Below are positions 36,613-46,183 of a stretch of DNA of 64,000 bases, in pieces. Source of the stretch: a virus; IMG/VR virus record IMGVR_UViG_3300027970_000012, positions 1 through 64,000 of that record. The stretch is one strand, 5' to 3'. The notes under the pieces are model-generated. The model saw nothing but the letters and a program-made list of their open reading frames with translations. It was not told the DNA's origin and did not search any database. Position 1 is the first letter of the stretch, and the number at the start of each line of letters is the position of its first letter. The position numbers were made by a program, and so were the translations under genes.

Positions 36613-38316
36613 GATTTTAGAGAACCCATTTACCTTCTTAACTTCTAAAACTCTTTGAAATTTATCTTCAAATCCTTCTCGGTGAGAGATTACAAAGATA
36701 TTGGAATTCACGATTACATAATTAATAATCTTAAGAAAGTCATCAATACCTGTTGCATCTAGAGAGGAGTCTAAAGTTTCATCAAAAAAGATAAGATTAC
36801 AATTTGCACAATTCTTTAATCTACAAATTTCTCTCCAGGATAGAATAGTTGCAAGATTGATTCTTTGCTTCTCTCCTTCTGAGAATGAGCTATATGAAAA
36901 TCCTTCGTGTAGTGGAGTATTGATATTCTCTTTAAATTCCTCATCCAAATTAAAATTAATATACATATCCATCAACTGTAAATATTTGTTAATTTGCTGA
37001 TTGATAATTGGAATATACTGTTTGATAATCTTCGCCTTCACTCCATCATCACGAAAGAGTAGATTAGAAAACTCAAAATAGTATAGTGCTTCCTGCGCCT
37101 TCTTATGCTGTGCTTCAAGTTTAGAGTGAGTCTTAAGTAAATCAAGTAATGTCGCCTCCTCAGAGCTTTGTGTGTCTAAACTGTGCCGAATTTCATCAAT
37201 CTCCTGTTCTAACTCACGAATCTGTTTATTTACAATTCCAGTTTCATTCCGAATGTTTGATAGTTTGGAATTGAGTTGAGATATATTTGAGTTAATTTCA
37301 TTAACTCTGCTTTGATTTTTTTCCTGTTCTTGAATTGTAAGCAACAGTTCTTGATGTCCAGAGGAAATTGTCTCAAATTCAGAATTTAGTTCTTTAATTT
37401 TATTTTGAGTAAAGTCAACTTGTAGGTCCTGTTTGCAAGTTGGACAAGTTGATTCCGAATGAAAGAATTCACGTTCTTTCATCAGATTTTCTAATTTTTG
37501 AGACAACTTACCTTCTAAGGATATAAATTTGTTGAGTGATGATGAAGAAAATGTGATTTCGGATAGAGAAGTTTGAACGAACTCAAGTTCAGTAAGAAGA
37601 TTTTGTGAATTGGAGTCTAGTTCATCTCTATTCAAAATTAGTTGTTCAATTCTACTTTCTTTATCTTCAATTAACTTCAATCCATTTTGCTTGAGTTGTG
37701 AGATGAAGTTTCTCTGCATTCCTATCTTTTCAGATGTAGAAGTTTTAGCTACTTCAAATTCTTTTAACTTTAATGAAATATTTTTAACTTTAGTCTTAAG
37801 AATGGAACTCATTGTGGAGAAGATTTTAATGTCCAACAATTCTTCCACCAAATCTCTTCGGTCTGCAGCAGAGAGCTGCATAAAGGGAATGTAGTTATTA
37901 CTTCCTAGAACAACAACTTGCATAAACGTCTTATACGTCATCTTGAGAATGTTAATCTCCAGATACTTTTGTTGGTCTTTCACTGCAGAAAGCTCATCCT
38001 GCAGCACATCATTGATATAAATTTGAAAAATATTTGGAGCAATACCTCTTCTTATCAAGTATTCTTTACCATCTATTGAAAACTCAACTTCAACCAGACA
38101 ATCTTTTTTATTCACAGTATTAACTAACTGCTTCTTTACCGTTCCCCGATTTGACTTACCATAAAGTCCAAAAATTAAAGCAGTAATAATTAGGCTTTTA
38201 CCTTGGCCAGAATTTCCTCGGATAAGTGTGGTTGAATTTAAATTAAAATCTATCTCTGTGAACTGATTTCCTGATGAAAGAATATTTTTATATCTAAGTT
38301 TTTTTATGAGCAGCAT
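36604..38316 (-). CDS. g46: Recombination ATPase gp46 (Rad50-like)
   Basis: GNSGQGKS, CPTC hook, FSEGEK, FFDETLDSSLD, ISH. Confidence 0.96.
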   Translation of the reverse strand: MLLIKKLRYKNILSSGNQFTEIDFNLNSTTLIRGNSGQGKSLIITALIFGLYGKSNRGTVKKQLVNTVNKKDCLVEVEFSIDGKEYLIRRGIAPNIFQIYINDVLQDELSAVKDQQKYLEINILKMTYKTFMQVVVLGSNNYIPFMQLSAADRRDLVEELLDIKIFSTMSSILKTKVKNISLKLKEFEVAKTSTSEKIGMQRNFISQLKQNGLKLIEDKESRIEQLILNRDELDSNSQNLLTELEFVQTSLSEITFSSSSLNKFISLEGKLSQKLENLMKEREFFHSESTCPTCKQDLQVDFTQNKIKELNSEFETISSGHQELLLTIQEQEKNQSRVNEINSNISQLNSKLSNIRNETGIVNKQIRELEQEIDEIRHSLDTQSSEEATLLDLLKTHSKLEAQHKKAQEALYYFEFSNLLFRDDGVKAKIIKQYIPIINQQINKYLQLMDMYINFNLDEEFKENINTPLHEGFSYSSFSEGEKQRINLATILSWREICRLKNCANCNLIFFDETLDSSLDATGIDDFLKIINYVIVNSNIFVISHREGFEDKFQRVLEVKKVNGFSKILT

Positions 38317-38572
38317 CTTGTTTGGGTGGAATCACAACATCATCTTTTCCGATAATCACATAATTATAATTATACATCTCACAGGTTTTCGTTGCAATAT
38401 CATTTGCAACCTCTACTACGTGAAGCTCAGGATAATCATCTGCTTCAAGTAGTCCAGCGTATCTTTCTGCATCATCATATTCCTCAAAGAAGTATATCAC
38501 TTTGTCTCCATATTTGTCAAGTACGCAGAAGGCTCCTTCTCTAGCTTCCTCTGTAAGATTTAAAATAAACAA
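38294..38572 (-). CDS. Conserved cyanophage hypothetical protein
   Basis: FEEYDDAERYAGLLEADDYP...DVVIPP. Confidence 0.7.
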   Translation of the reverse strand: MFILNLTEEAREGAFCVLDKYGDKVIYFFEEYDDAERYAGLLEADDYPELHVVEVANDIATKTCEMYNYNYVIIGKDDVVIPPKQDAAHKKT

Positions 38573-38576
38573 CGTA

Positions 38577-39623
38577 TCATACCTCCAATTCTAACGCTTC
38601 TTTATAGACATCAAGAATCACTTTCTTAACAAATTCTTTATTTAAACTGAAATCTGAATTATCAATATATTTATGTAAAATTGATAAAGTGTCTTCAATT
38701 TCAATTTCTGAAATATCTACTTCAGTATCATCATATGTTTCCGTATTCACGATTTTTAAATCAATAATATCCAACTCAAGTAATTTTGAAACTAGTGAAT
38801 TATATTGAGATTCATTTGTCTTTTTATTAACGACTAATTTTAGATATTTTCCCGATAATTCTGCTGAATCATAATCTTCAATTGCACTATCGCTATAGTG
38901 AACTTTCTTATATAACTCATGAGGATTTTTGATGAACTCTAAATCATATGTCCTCAGATTGAAAATATTAAATCCTCGTTCATCATTCACATCTCCCCAG
39001 AACATCTGATATGGATTTCCTAGATAATGCAATTTACCATTATTACTTCGGGTATGAAAATGCCCAGAGAATACTCTATCAAATTTATTGAATAAATTTC
39101 CATCTAATCCAGTAGTGCATATTTGACCTGGAAATAGAGTAAATCCCGATACTTCTAGATGCCCAAATGCTAATTTAGCTTCCGTAGCTTGCATTAGTCT
39201 AAATGTTTCCTCTTGATTATCCTTACAAATCCAAGGAATAAAGAATATTTCCACTCCGTCAATAATATAAGTAGAGGGTTTTGTAATGGGAATCACGTTA
39301 TCATAATCACGAAGAAGTGTGTCTATTGCATTGTGCTGATTCGTTGATTTTAGCTGTGTGTCGTGATTACCACAGATTTGGTACACTGTTATCCCCAGAG
39401 ATTTAAACCTGTCGTAGACGTGCTCCTGAGCCCACCTGAGGCCCCAATAATCAATGCCCTTTCTATTGTCAAACGCATCTCCCAAATGAATAACGGTTTT
39501 AATATTCCTCTCAATCAATTCTGGAAAAAATACATTTTCATAAAACTTTTGAAAGTAATTATGAAAGATTTGATTTGAATTTTTAAACGAAATATGAGTA
39601 TCTGTTATACATCCAATGTTCAT
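38577..39623 (-). CDS. g47: Recombination nuclease gp47 (Mre11-like)
   Basis: TDTH, LGDAFD, GNHD, GHLE, SGHFH. Confidence 0.96.
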   Translation of the reverse strand: MNIGCITDTHISFKNSNQIFHNYFQKFYENVFFPELIERNIKTVIHLGDAFDNRKGIDYWGLRWAQEHVYDRFKSLGITVYQICGNHDTQLKSTNQHNAIDTLLRDYDNVIPITKPSTYIIDGVEIFFIPWICKDNQEETFRLMQATEAKLAFGHLEVSGFTLFPGQICTTGLDGNLFNKFDRVFSGHFHTRSNNGKLHYLGNPYQMFWGDVNDERGFNIFNLRTYDLEFIKNPHELYKKVHYSDSAIEDYDSAELSGKYLKLVVNKKTNESQYNSLVSKLLELDIIDLKIVNTETYDDTEVDISEIEIEDTLSILHKYIDNSDFSLNKEFVKKVILDVYKEALELEV

Positions 39624-39625
39624 AA

Positions 39626-40114
39626 TTAAGAATACTTCGTCTGAACTGCATCCTTTATTGAGTTGTAATCTGAGCTGGAAAAGTTTTCATCTGCAGTGAA
39701 CACTTCATCAAATTGACTACGTTCAATAATTTTATCTTTAATCTCCATTTGCTTTTTCTCTCTTCCTATTCTTCTCAGAAAAGCATAATAACAAATCTGT
39801 GTAAAGTATGCAAATGGATTCATCTTACCTCCAGTTTTAGGACTGGTGTAATCTGGGTCAAAATTATGAATATAAGTTAGTTGATTTTCAACCGCATCCG
39901 ATACCATATCATCCCGATATTGATAATTGCAGAAATTGGGTCGGTATGATAAATGCGTTGCTATTTTTAGAAAACAACTTCCCAAATACTTAGATACAAC
40001 AGGCTTATCTGTGCCTGCTTCCTTCGCACGAGTACACAGAATCTTATACTCCACAAGAGCTTGATAGAATTCTTTATTATTTACGTAATGCTCGGTCTTT
40101 TCTCTTTTTGCCAT
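39626..40114 (-). CDS. g55: Late-transcription sigma factor gp55
   Basis: HYVNNKEF, LSYRPNF, NPFAYFTQICYYAFLRRI. Confidence 0.96.
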   Translation of the reverse strand: MAKREKTEHYVNNKEFYQALVEYKILCTRAKEAGTDKPVVSKYLGSCFLKIATHLSYRPNFCNYQYRDDMVSDAVENQLTYIHNFDPDYTSPKTGGKMNPFAYFTQICYYAFLRRIGREKKQMEIKDKIIERSQFDEVFTADENFSSSDYNSIKDAVQTKYS

Positions 40115-40127
40115 TTTAAAAAATATT

Positions 40128-40156
40128 AATATACAAAACTATATCATATTCGTCAA
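40128..40156 (-). promoter_or_regulatory. sigma70-type promoter for g55
   Basis: TTGACG-N17-TATATT. Confidence 0.65.
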
Positions 40157-40178
40157 TCAATGTATAGAATTGAATTTC

Positions 40179-40206
40179 TTGACTTAACTTTCAGAACTGC
40201 TATAAT
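40179..40206 (+). promoter_or_regulatory. Plus-strand sigma70-type promoter with no sense ORF downstream
   Basis: TTGACT-N16-TATAAT with TGn. Confidence 0.55.
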
Positions 40207-40246
40207 AAATCTGTTGGTTTCAAGCCTATCTAGAACTTATAGAGTA

Positions 40247-40651
40247 CTAGAGTGTTGGTTCAGGAGTTGAGTTATAAGACTTCTCTAGTCTTTCTCTTGC
40301 GTCTGAGACTGTAGCAACGTATCCCATATCAGAATTGAGTTTAGTTCTACTCGTTACTTTATTGTGCTCCCTAGTGTATCTCTGATGCATCTGAATGAGA
40401 GTTTCATCCTTAACCTGAGTCATTGTGATGATTTTATCTCTATTGATGATAAATGTGGTGTCCAATGTTAATTTCATCCACGGTGTAACTTGTGCAATAG
40501 GCCCTCCAAGTTTAGGAGAAAATCTAGTTTCAACAAAAATTGGATGGTCTAATACAACTAAGACTTCATCATTCTCTTCAAATCCACATACTTTAGAAAA
40601 TATTTCCTCTCCTGAGACTAATTTTAGTGACGCATAAAACTCTTCATTCAT
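40247..40651 (-). CDS. Conserved Sm-like hypothetical protein
   Basis: LKLVSGEEIFS...PWM; usual between uvsW and g55. Confidence 0.7.
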   Translation of the reverse strand: MNEEFYASLKLVSGEEIFSKVCGFEENDEVLVVLDHPIFVETRFSPKLGGPIAQVTPWMKLTLDTTFIINRDKIITMTQVKDETLIQMHQRYTREHNKVTSRTKLNSDMGYVATVSDARERLEKSYNSTPEPTL

Positions 40652-42128
40652 TTGGCTTCTCCTGAAATTTTATTTTATGAATTTGATAATTAAAATTCTC
40701 TTCATTATAAATTTTAACTCTTTCTATCAAGTGATTTAATGTATAGTTTTTTCGGTTTTGATTAGACATATCATCTGCAATATCATATAAGATTGCTTTA
40801 TTCTTTGTATCTGATTTTCTTAGAACTCTTCCAATACTTTGTAGATTTCTTATTTTGGATTTAAATGGACTGGCGAAAATTAAATTATTCAAATTTTTAA
40901 TTGAAATTCCAGTGCTAAAAACTCCATATGAAGCTACAATGATTGCATTATTCTGAGTTTCAGTGATTTCTCTTATATGCTCTCTATGTTCAGTATCAAC
41001 TCCACCGTGAACAAAAAATACTTTTCGTTCATCATTTATAACTGAACTATTTATTAAATCAAAGAGAATTTGTCCGTGAGTTTCTACTCTTGAAAATAGA
41101 ATTAATGTATTTCCAGTTAAGTCTAAGGTTAAGTTTTTAATAAATTGATTTCGTTTTTCGTGAGTGATAATGTATTGAACTTCATCCTCATAAGTTTCAA
41201 AGGATTTCTTACCGTGTTCCAAAATTAAAATATTAATTTGAAGCTTAGCAATGGTTCCTTTATGCATAAGTTCATCAGTACGAATCACCTTATACACAGG
41301 CCCAAATAGACCTTCTAGTGTCCAGATATGAACCTTCTCTGGTTGAGTTGTTCCCGTCATACCAAATCTATATTTCACATCGCACATCTTATGTAAAATT
41401 CCACAAATAGACGCAGATTTTGCTGTGTGTGCCTCGTCTACAATCACTACATCAAATTGCTCAAAGTAAGATTTTGACATATCAGAAATACTCTGATACG
41501 TTGAAATCATCACAGAATCATTCGTATCTTTGGCTCTTCCTCCATACACTCTATGAATTGGAATGTTTTCATCCCAACCATAATTCATAAAGTCTTTATA
41601 CCCCTGTTCTATCAAAGAAGTTGTGGGACATATGATGAGAACTCTCAATCCTTGTTCTACGTAATATCGTGTGATACAGTATGATATGATAGTTTTTCCA
41701 GATGATGTAGGAGAAACTAACAATTTCCGATTATGTCTAAGTGCCTGATATACTGCTTCAATTTGATATTCACGAACTTCAAAACTTGGATTCAGAATTC
41801 TTTTAATGTATGTTTCTACTCCAGCTTCAGAAATCATCTCATTTTCATCATATGGAAGACCATAGAATTTGCTATCCTCAAATTCATATGAGAAATCACA
41901 AATCTTAATCTTTTCTATGAGTTTATCTAAAAGCCCAATATAAAGTTCTCCAGTATGTGTGGAGAGCATTCGCACTTTTCCATCCCAATGCTTATACCTA
42001 GAGCTTTTCATAAATTTGGCTTCTGGAACTTCAAACTCAAAGTATGGGGCGAGTTCATATAAAATATGTGGCTCACAATGAAGCTTTAGATAAACTTCAT
42101 TTTTCTTCTTAATGATAATGTCACTCAT
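40644..42128 (-). CDS. uvsW: UvsW helicase
   Basis: SPTSSGKT, VDEAH, GMTGT, QSIGRVLR. Confidence 0.96.
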   Translation of the reverse strand: MSDIIIKKKNEVYLKLHCEPHILYELAPYFEFEVPEAKFMKSSRYKHWDGKVRMLSTHTGELYIGLLDKLIEKIKICDFSYEFEDSKFYGLPYDENEMISEAGVETYIKRILNPSFEVREYQIEAVYQALRHNRKLLVSPTSSGKTIISYCITRYYVEQGLRVLIICPTTSLIEQGYKDFMNYGWDENIPIHRVYGGRAKDTNDSVMISTYQSISDMSKSYFEQFDVVIVDEAHTAKSASICGILHKMCDVKYRFGMTGTTQPEKVHIWTLEGLFGPVYKVIRTDELMHKGTIAKLQINILILEHGKKSFETYEDEVQYIITHEKRNQFIKNLTLDLTGNTLILFSRVETHGQILFDLINSSVINDERKVFFVHGGVDTEHREHIREITETQNNAIIVASYGVFSTGISIKNLNNLIFASPFKSKIRNLQSIGRVLRKSDTKNKAILYDIADDMSNQNRKNYTLNHLIERVKIYNEENFNYQIHKIKFQEKPNE

Positions 42129-42129
42129 A

Positions 42130-42558
42130 TTAACTAAATCCTGCTTGGAATTTCATTACGTCTATGCTATTCTTGATTTGAAAGCTTCGGTTCTCAATAT
42201 TCTTAATAATGCTTTCCAAAAATTTCAACATAATATTATAGTATTGAAGTTTCGAATTTGACCGAATCAATTCAGCATCAGAATCCATATACTTATCTAG
42301 GTCTGATTTTAATACTTTGTAATCAAATGGATTTTCTTTATAGACTTCTGGACTAGCTTTTCCAGAATAATACAGCCATTTTTCTTTATGTAGTTCTGCG
42401 CAATTTGCCTCCTCTTTAATGCGAAGAAGATATAAATTATTGTATATTTGAAAATATTTTGAATGTAATAGTGGTATTCTAATACTCTCTAGATGAAGAT
42501 TATCTGGGTCAATGATACTATCTTCACGCCACTGAGTTTCAATTTCAGATAAATTCAT
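42130..42558 (-). CDS. uvsY: UvsY recombination mediator
   Basis: IPLLHSKY, WLYYSGKA, RSFQIKNSI; promoter TTGAAA-N17-TATAAT at 42581-42609. Confidence 0.92.
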   Translation of the reverse strand: MNLSEIETQWREDSIIDPDNLHLESIRIPLLHSKYFQIYNNLYLLRIKEEANCAELHKEKWLYYSGKASPEVYKENPFDYKVLKSDLDKYMDSDAELIRSNSKLQYYNIMLKFLESIIKNIENRSFQIKNSIDVMKFQAGFS

Positions 42559-42589
42559 AATATTCTGACCTTAAACTCATATTATATCA

Positions 42590-43138
42590 TCAATTCTCAA
42601 TTCTTTCAATATCATAGATGGTATATTTAAACACTGCCTGAGCCTCTAGATATGTGATATCAGTTTCTTTAGTATTAAATTCTGGAGCAGATAAGGAAAC
42701 TGGAAATAAATCTTTGAAGTTTACTTGAATATTTGGTCTATAATTGCTATTGTAAATGATGAGAGTTCCATCACTCATTCCTGAGATTGCAGTTTGTTTT
42801 CCTGTATTATACTCCTCAGAGTCCAATAAGTCTTGATACTGCCGAGCAGACTCTGGAAAGCCAAATTGAGTTAACCAAGTATGATTTTCAATATAATTGT
42901 CCATATTCTCATCAATCATATATTTGATAACTAAGTCATCAAATGATAGAGTTTCTCCTGGAATGGGAATATTTTTCAGATATGTTGCTTGTATTGCTAC
43001 TCCTAAATTGATTCCTGGAATCTGAGCTTGATTGCAAAAGAAATCTAATTTTGGTTTTTTTGATAGAATGAATTTGAATCCAGTTGGAGATAGAAAATTC
43101 TTGTTTTCAATCTGACCTCCCCAAGAAAAACTAGACAT
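42590..43138 (-). CDS. g3: Tail completion protein gp3
   Basis: NFLSPTGFKF, IPGINLG, DENMDNY, FPVSLS; follows g23. Confidence 0.88.
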   Translation of the reverse strand: MSSFSWGGQIENKNFLSPTGFKFILSKKPKLDFFCNQAQIPGINLGVAIQATYLKNIPIPGETLSFDDLVIKYMIDENMDNYIENHTWLTQFGFPESARQYQDLLDSEEYNTGKQTAISGMSDGTLIIYNSNYRPNIQVNFKDLFPVSLSAPEFNTKETDITYLEAQAVFKYTIYDIERIEN

Positions 43139-43181
43139 AGTATAAAATTCGTAGTATAGTATTTAGAGAACAGGCCTAAGA

Positions 43182-44690
43182 ATGTCCATTAAATTACTAC
43201 CTCTCATACAAGCACATTGGGAGAAGTCTAAATTTATATCGTTATCAAAAAATTTAAGTCTGGTCAACTTAATTAAAGCCGAAACGAGCTTCTTAGATAA
43301 AATCTACTCTCAAATTTCATTAAGAACCCGAGCATATGTAATACAAAACCAAATCACTTTAGCTACACTACCCAAATGTAAGTGTGAATGTGGAAAATAC
43401 GCAGGAATCAATCATACAAATCCCGAATTAGGATTTCGCTTATATTATAATGTAACTTGCTCTCGTAGAAATAAAACTATAGATAAAGAGATTCTCAAGA
43501 AGCTTGATGATTATCAATTTTTATATGATGAGAAAATAACAAAAAACAAGTCTATAGAACAAATTGCTTCCGAAAATAACGTTTCCATCACTCCAGTAGT
43601 TAAATATTTGAAAAAATATGAACTATATCAACTAAATGATGCAAGAAGAAGAAACAATAAGGCAAATATAGTTCTTGAAGATAAGAAAGAATTGGAGTTA
43701 TTATATGCTACCAATACAATGGAGAACATTGCTGAAACTCTAGGAACTACGAAAGGAACTGTTTCCCGATGGTTTAAAGTTCATGCCATTTCAGCAAAGC
43801 CTACAAATTCATACGAGAGAAAAATCAAAAGAGTCTCAGGAGAGGAGATGGAACTCTACGATTACATAAAGAGTATATCTTCATATGAAGTATTTCAATC
43901 TAATCGCTCAATTCTAAATGGAAAAGAATTAGATATCTACATTCCAGATAAAAACTTAGCAATTGAATATAATGGTCTTTATAGTCATTATTATAGACCT
44001 TGGGAAGACTCCTCAGGATTAAGAAAGGATAGTAGTTATCATTTATGGAAAACTGAGGAATGTGCAAAACAGAATATACAATTACTACAATTCTATAGCG
44101 ATGAATGGAAATTTAAAAAATCAATCGTACAAAATATCATAACGTCTAAACTCGGACTCAATGATAGAATTTATGCAAGAAAATGTGAAATAGTATTAGT
44201 GGACACATATACTAAAAATGAATTTCTAAATGAATATCATATTCAGGGTGAAGATAAGAGTTCAATAAAGTTAGGTCTTACATATGAAAATACTCTAGTT
44301 GCGATTATGACTTTTGCTAAATCTAGATTTAATTCAAATTATACTTGGGAACTAACTCGGTTTTGTGTGAAAGGAGGAACTAGTGTGATTGGTGGATTTA
44401 GTAAATTATTAAAAAGCTTTACAAATGAGCACGGAACTTCTATTATATCTTATGCGGATAGAAGATATTCAAATGGAAATGTCTATGAAACAAATGGATT
44501 CAATTTAATTGCGACAAATAAGCCATCATATTATTATGTGGATAAGAATCATCTTCGTAGAATAAATCGTATGAGATTTCAGAGAAAATATATTGGTGCT
44601 TATGACTGTACCGAATATGAAAAAGCTAGAGAACTGGGATATGAAAAAATCTGGGATTGTGGAACCTTAAGATACGGATTTTCCCAATAA
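43182..44690 (+). CDS. Hef-like homing endonuclease, antisense between g23 and g3
   Basis: Tandem HTH repeats; ELDIYIPDKNLAIEYNGLYSH...KTEEC...QFYSDEW nuclease; IYARKC...SYADRRYS...WDCG tail; the only long plus-strand gene. Confidence 0.85.
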   Translation: MSIKLLPLIQAHWEKSKFISLSKNLSLVNLIKAETSFLDKIYSQISLRTRAYVIQNQITLATLPKCKCECGKYAGINHTNPELGFRLYYNVTCSRRNKTIDKEILKKLDDYQFLYDEKITKNKSIEQIASENNVSITPVVKYLKKYELYQLNDARRRNNKANIVLEDKKELELLYATNTMENIAETLGTTKGTVSRWFKVHAISAKPTNSYERKIKRVSGEEMELYDYIKSISSYEVFQSNRSILNGKELDIYIPDKNLAIEYNGLYSHYYRPWEDSSGLRKDSSYHLWKTEECAKQNIQLLQFYSDEWKFKKSIVQNIITSKLGLNDRIYARKCEIVLVDTYTKNEFLNEYHIQGEDKSSIKLGLTYENTLVAIMTFAKSRFNSNYTWELTRFCVKGGTSVIGGFSKLLKSFTNEHGTSIISYADRRYSNGNVYETNGFNLIATNKPSYYYVDKNHLRRINRMRFQRKYIGAYDCTEYEKARELGYEKIWDCGTLRYGFSQ

Positions 44691-44712
44691 AAAAGGAACC
44701 TTTCGGCTCCTT
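44689..44712 (-). terminator. Rho-independent terminator after g23
   Basis: AAGGAGCC-GAAA-GGTTCCTT-TTTT. Confidence 0.88.
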
Positions 44713-44737
44713 AAACATTCCAACCAAAGATTGGGTA

Positions 44738-46129
44738 TCACATAAGATTCTTAATAAGAGTTCTCTTGTAATATCTATTAGTATTAACTTGAAGTCTACC
44801 CAGTCCTTGGTCAGTACCTTCGGCAAAAGGATTAGCTACGATACCGTATCTAGTCTTGAAGCCGATTTTTGGTTGGAAGCTCCTTTCACCAACAGCACGA
44901 ACCATTTGTAGAGGAACGTAAGGGCAGTAGAAAAGTCCAGCATCATAAGGATTTGGACCCTTATAACCAACGACGTAGTATTGATATTGGTTGGTATAAC
45001 CGTTTGCAGCATAAGGGTCAATAAAGACCTTAAACTTACCGTTTAGAGTACCCGCGAAAGTATTACCAGTATCATCTACCTGCATATTGGAGTTCAAAGC
45101 AGGAGTATAATCTAGAATACCAGCGTGAGTTAGAGAAGAAGCAACGTCTGCGGAACACAGAACGATGTTACCCTTTCCTCTACGAGTCCTTTGAGCAATG
45201 CTGTTAGCGTCACGTTCAATTTGGAAAATCATTCCTTTGAACTTCTCAACGGACCAACGACCATTGGAGTCAACGTCAAGGTCAAATACACCTTGAGTAG
45301 CGACGTTCTGTTGTGCGCCAGGCTCAGCAATCTTATAGATTGTTCTGATGACTTCACGGTTGATTTCGGCAAGAATTTCGCTTGAAAGAATGTTTGCAAG
45401 CTCAGCTTCTGCATTCAGTCCGTGAATAGCCTTCAAGTCCTGAGCAAGCTCAAGGCTGTATTCGGCTTTCAGAGCACGGCTCTTAGCAGTCACTGAAATT
45501 CTTTCAATGCTGAGTGCCATTTCAGCAAATTGGTCTCCAGCATTGGTGCCATCACCAAGATTTTCTGCGTCCCCAGTGTTCATACCTTGACCTAGGTTAT
45601 AAGCTCCTAGAGGTGATGCAGTTGGGTTAAGAAGACCAGGGTTAGAACCTACTTGAGATGTAGTACCAAGACCAGCAGCGGCGCTAGAGAAACCAGTTAG
45701 AGATTTTCCTGCGTTCTGTCCTGAGAATGCGGTATTTACTTCATTATAGAATGCTTCTGGACCAGATTGATTGACATAACGGCTTCTCATTGCGAAGATA
45801 AGGCTTACAGGGCCGCTCATTGGTTGAACGCCAGCCAAATCATAAGCAACAAGATTAGGCATTGAACGTCTAATCATAGAGATTAGAACGGGGTCAAAAC
45901 CTGCTACTGGACCTGCGGCAGCAGAGCCGTAGCTAAATCCACCAGTTCCCGCAGAAACAGTTGGAGATTCGGATAGAAACTCACTCTCTTCACGAAGAGC
46001 TTGTTCTTGATTTTCTAACAGGATAGCAGTAACCGCCCTACGATGTGAATCTTTGATAGGTTCTAGACCGTTATAGTCTAGTAAGGGAGCCCACTTTTCC
46101 TGCAGTTGTTCGGAATTGAACATTTGCAT
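44738..46129 (-). CDS. g23: Major capsid protein gp23
   Basis: EKWAPLL, GVQPMSGP, AKSRALKAEYS, AEINRE, FQPKIGFKTRYG. Confidence 0.98.
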   Translation of the reverse strand: MQMFNSEQLQEKWAPLLDYNGLEPIKDSHRRAVTAILLENQEQALREESEFLSESPTVSAGTGGFSYGSAAAGPVAGFDPVLISMIRRSMPNLVAYDLAGVQPMSGPVSLIFAMRSRYVNQSGPEAFYNEVNTAFSGQNAGKSLTGFSSAAAGLGTTSQVGSNPGLLNPTASPLGAYNLGQGMNTGDAENLGDGTNAGDQFAEMALSIERISVTAKSRALKAEYSLELAQDLKAIHGLNAEAELANILSSEILAEINREVIRTIYKIAEPGAQQNVATQGVFDLDVDSNGRWSVEKFKGMIFQIERDANSIAQRTRRGKGNIVLCSADVASSLTHAGILDYTPALNSNMQVDDTGNTFAGTLNGKFKVFIDPYAANGYTNQYQYYVVGYKGPNPYDAGLFYCPYVPLQMVRAVGERSFQPKIGFKTRYGIVANPFAEGTDQGLGRLQVNTNRYYKRTLIKNLM

Positions 46130-46183
46130 TTGAATTTACCTCTAATTAAAATTTTGGTTTAGTTTGATTTTATGATATATAAA

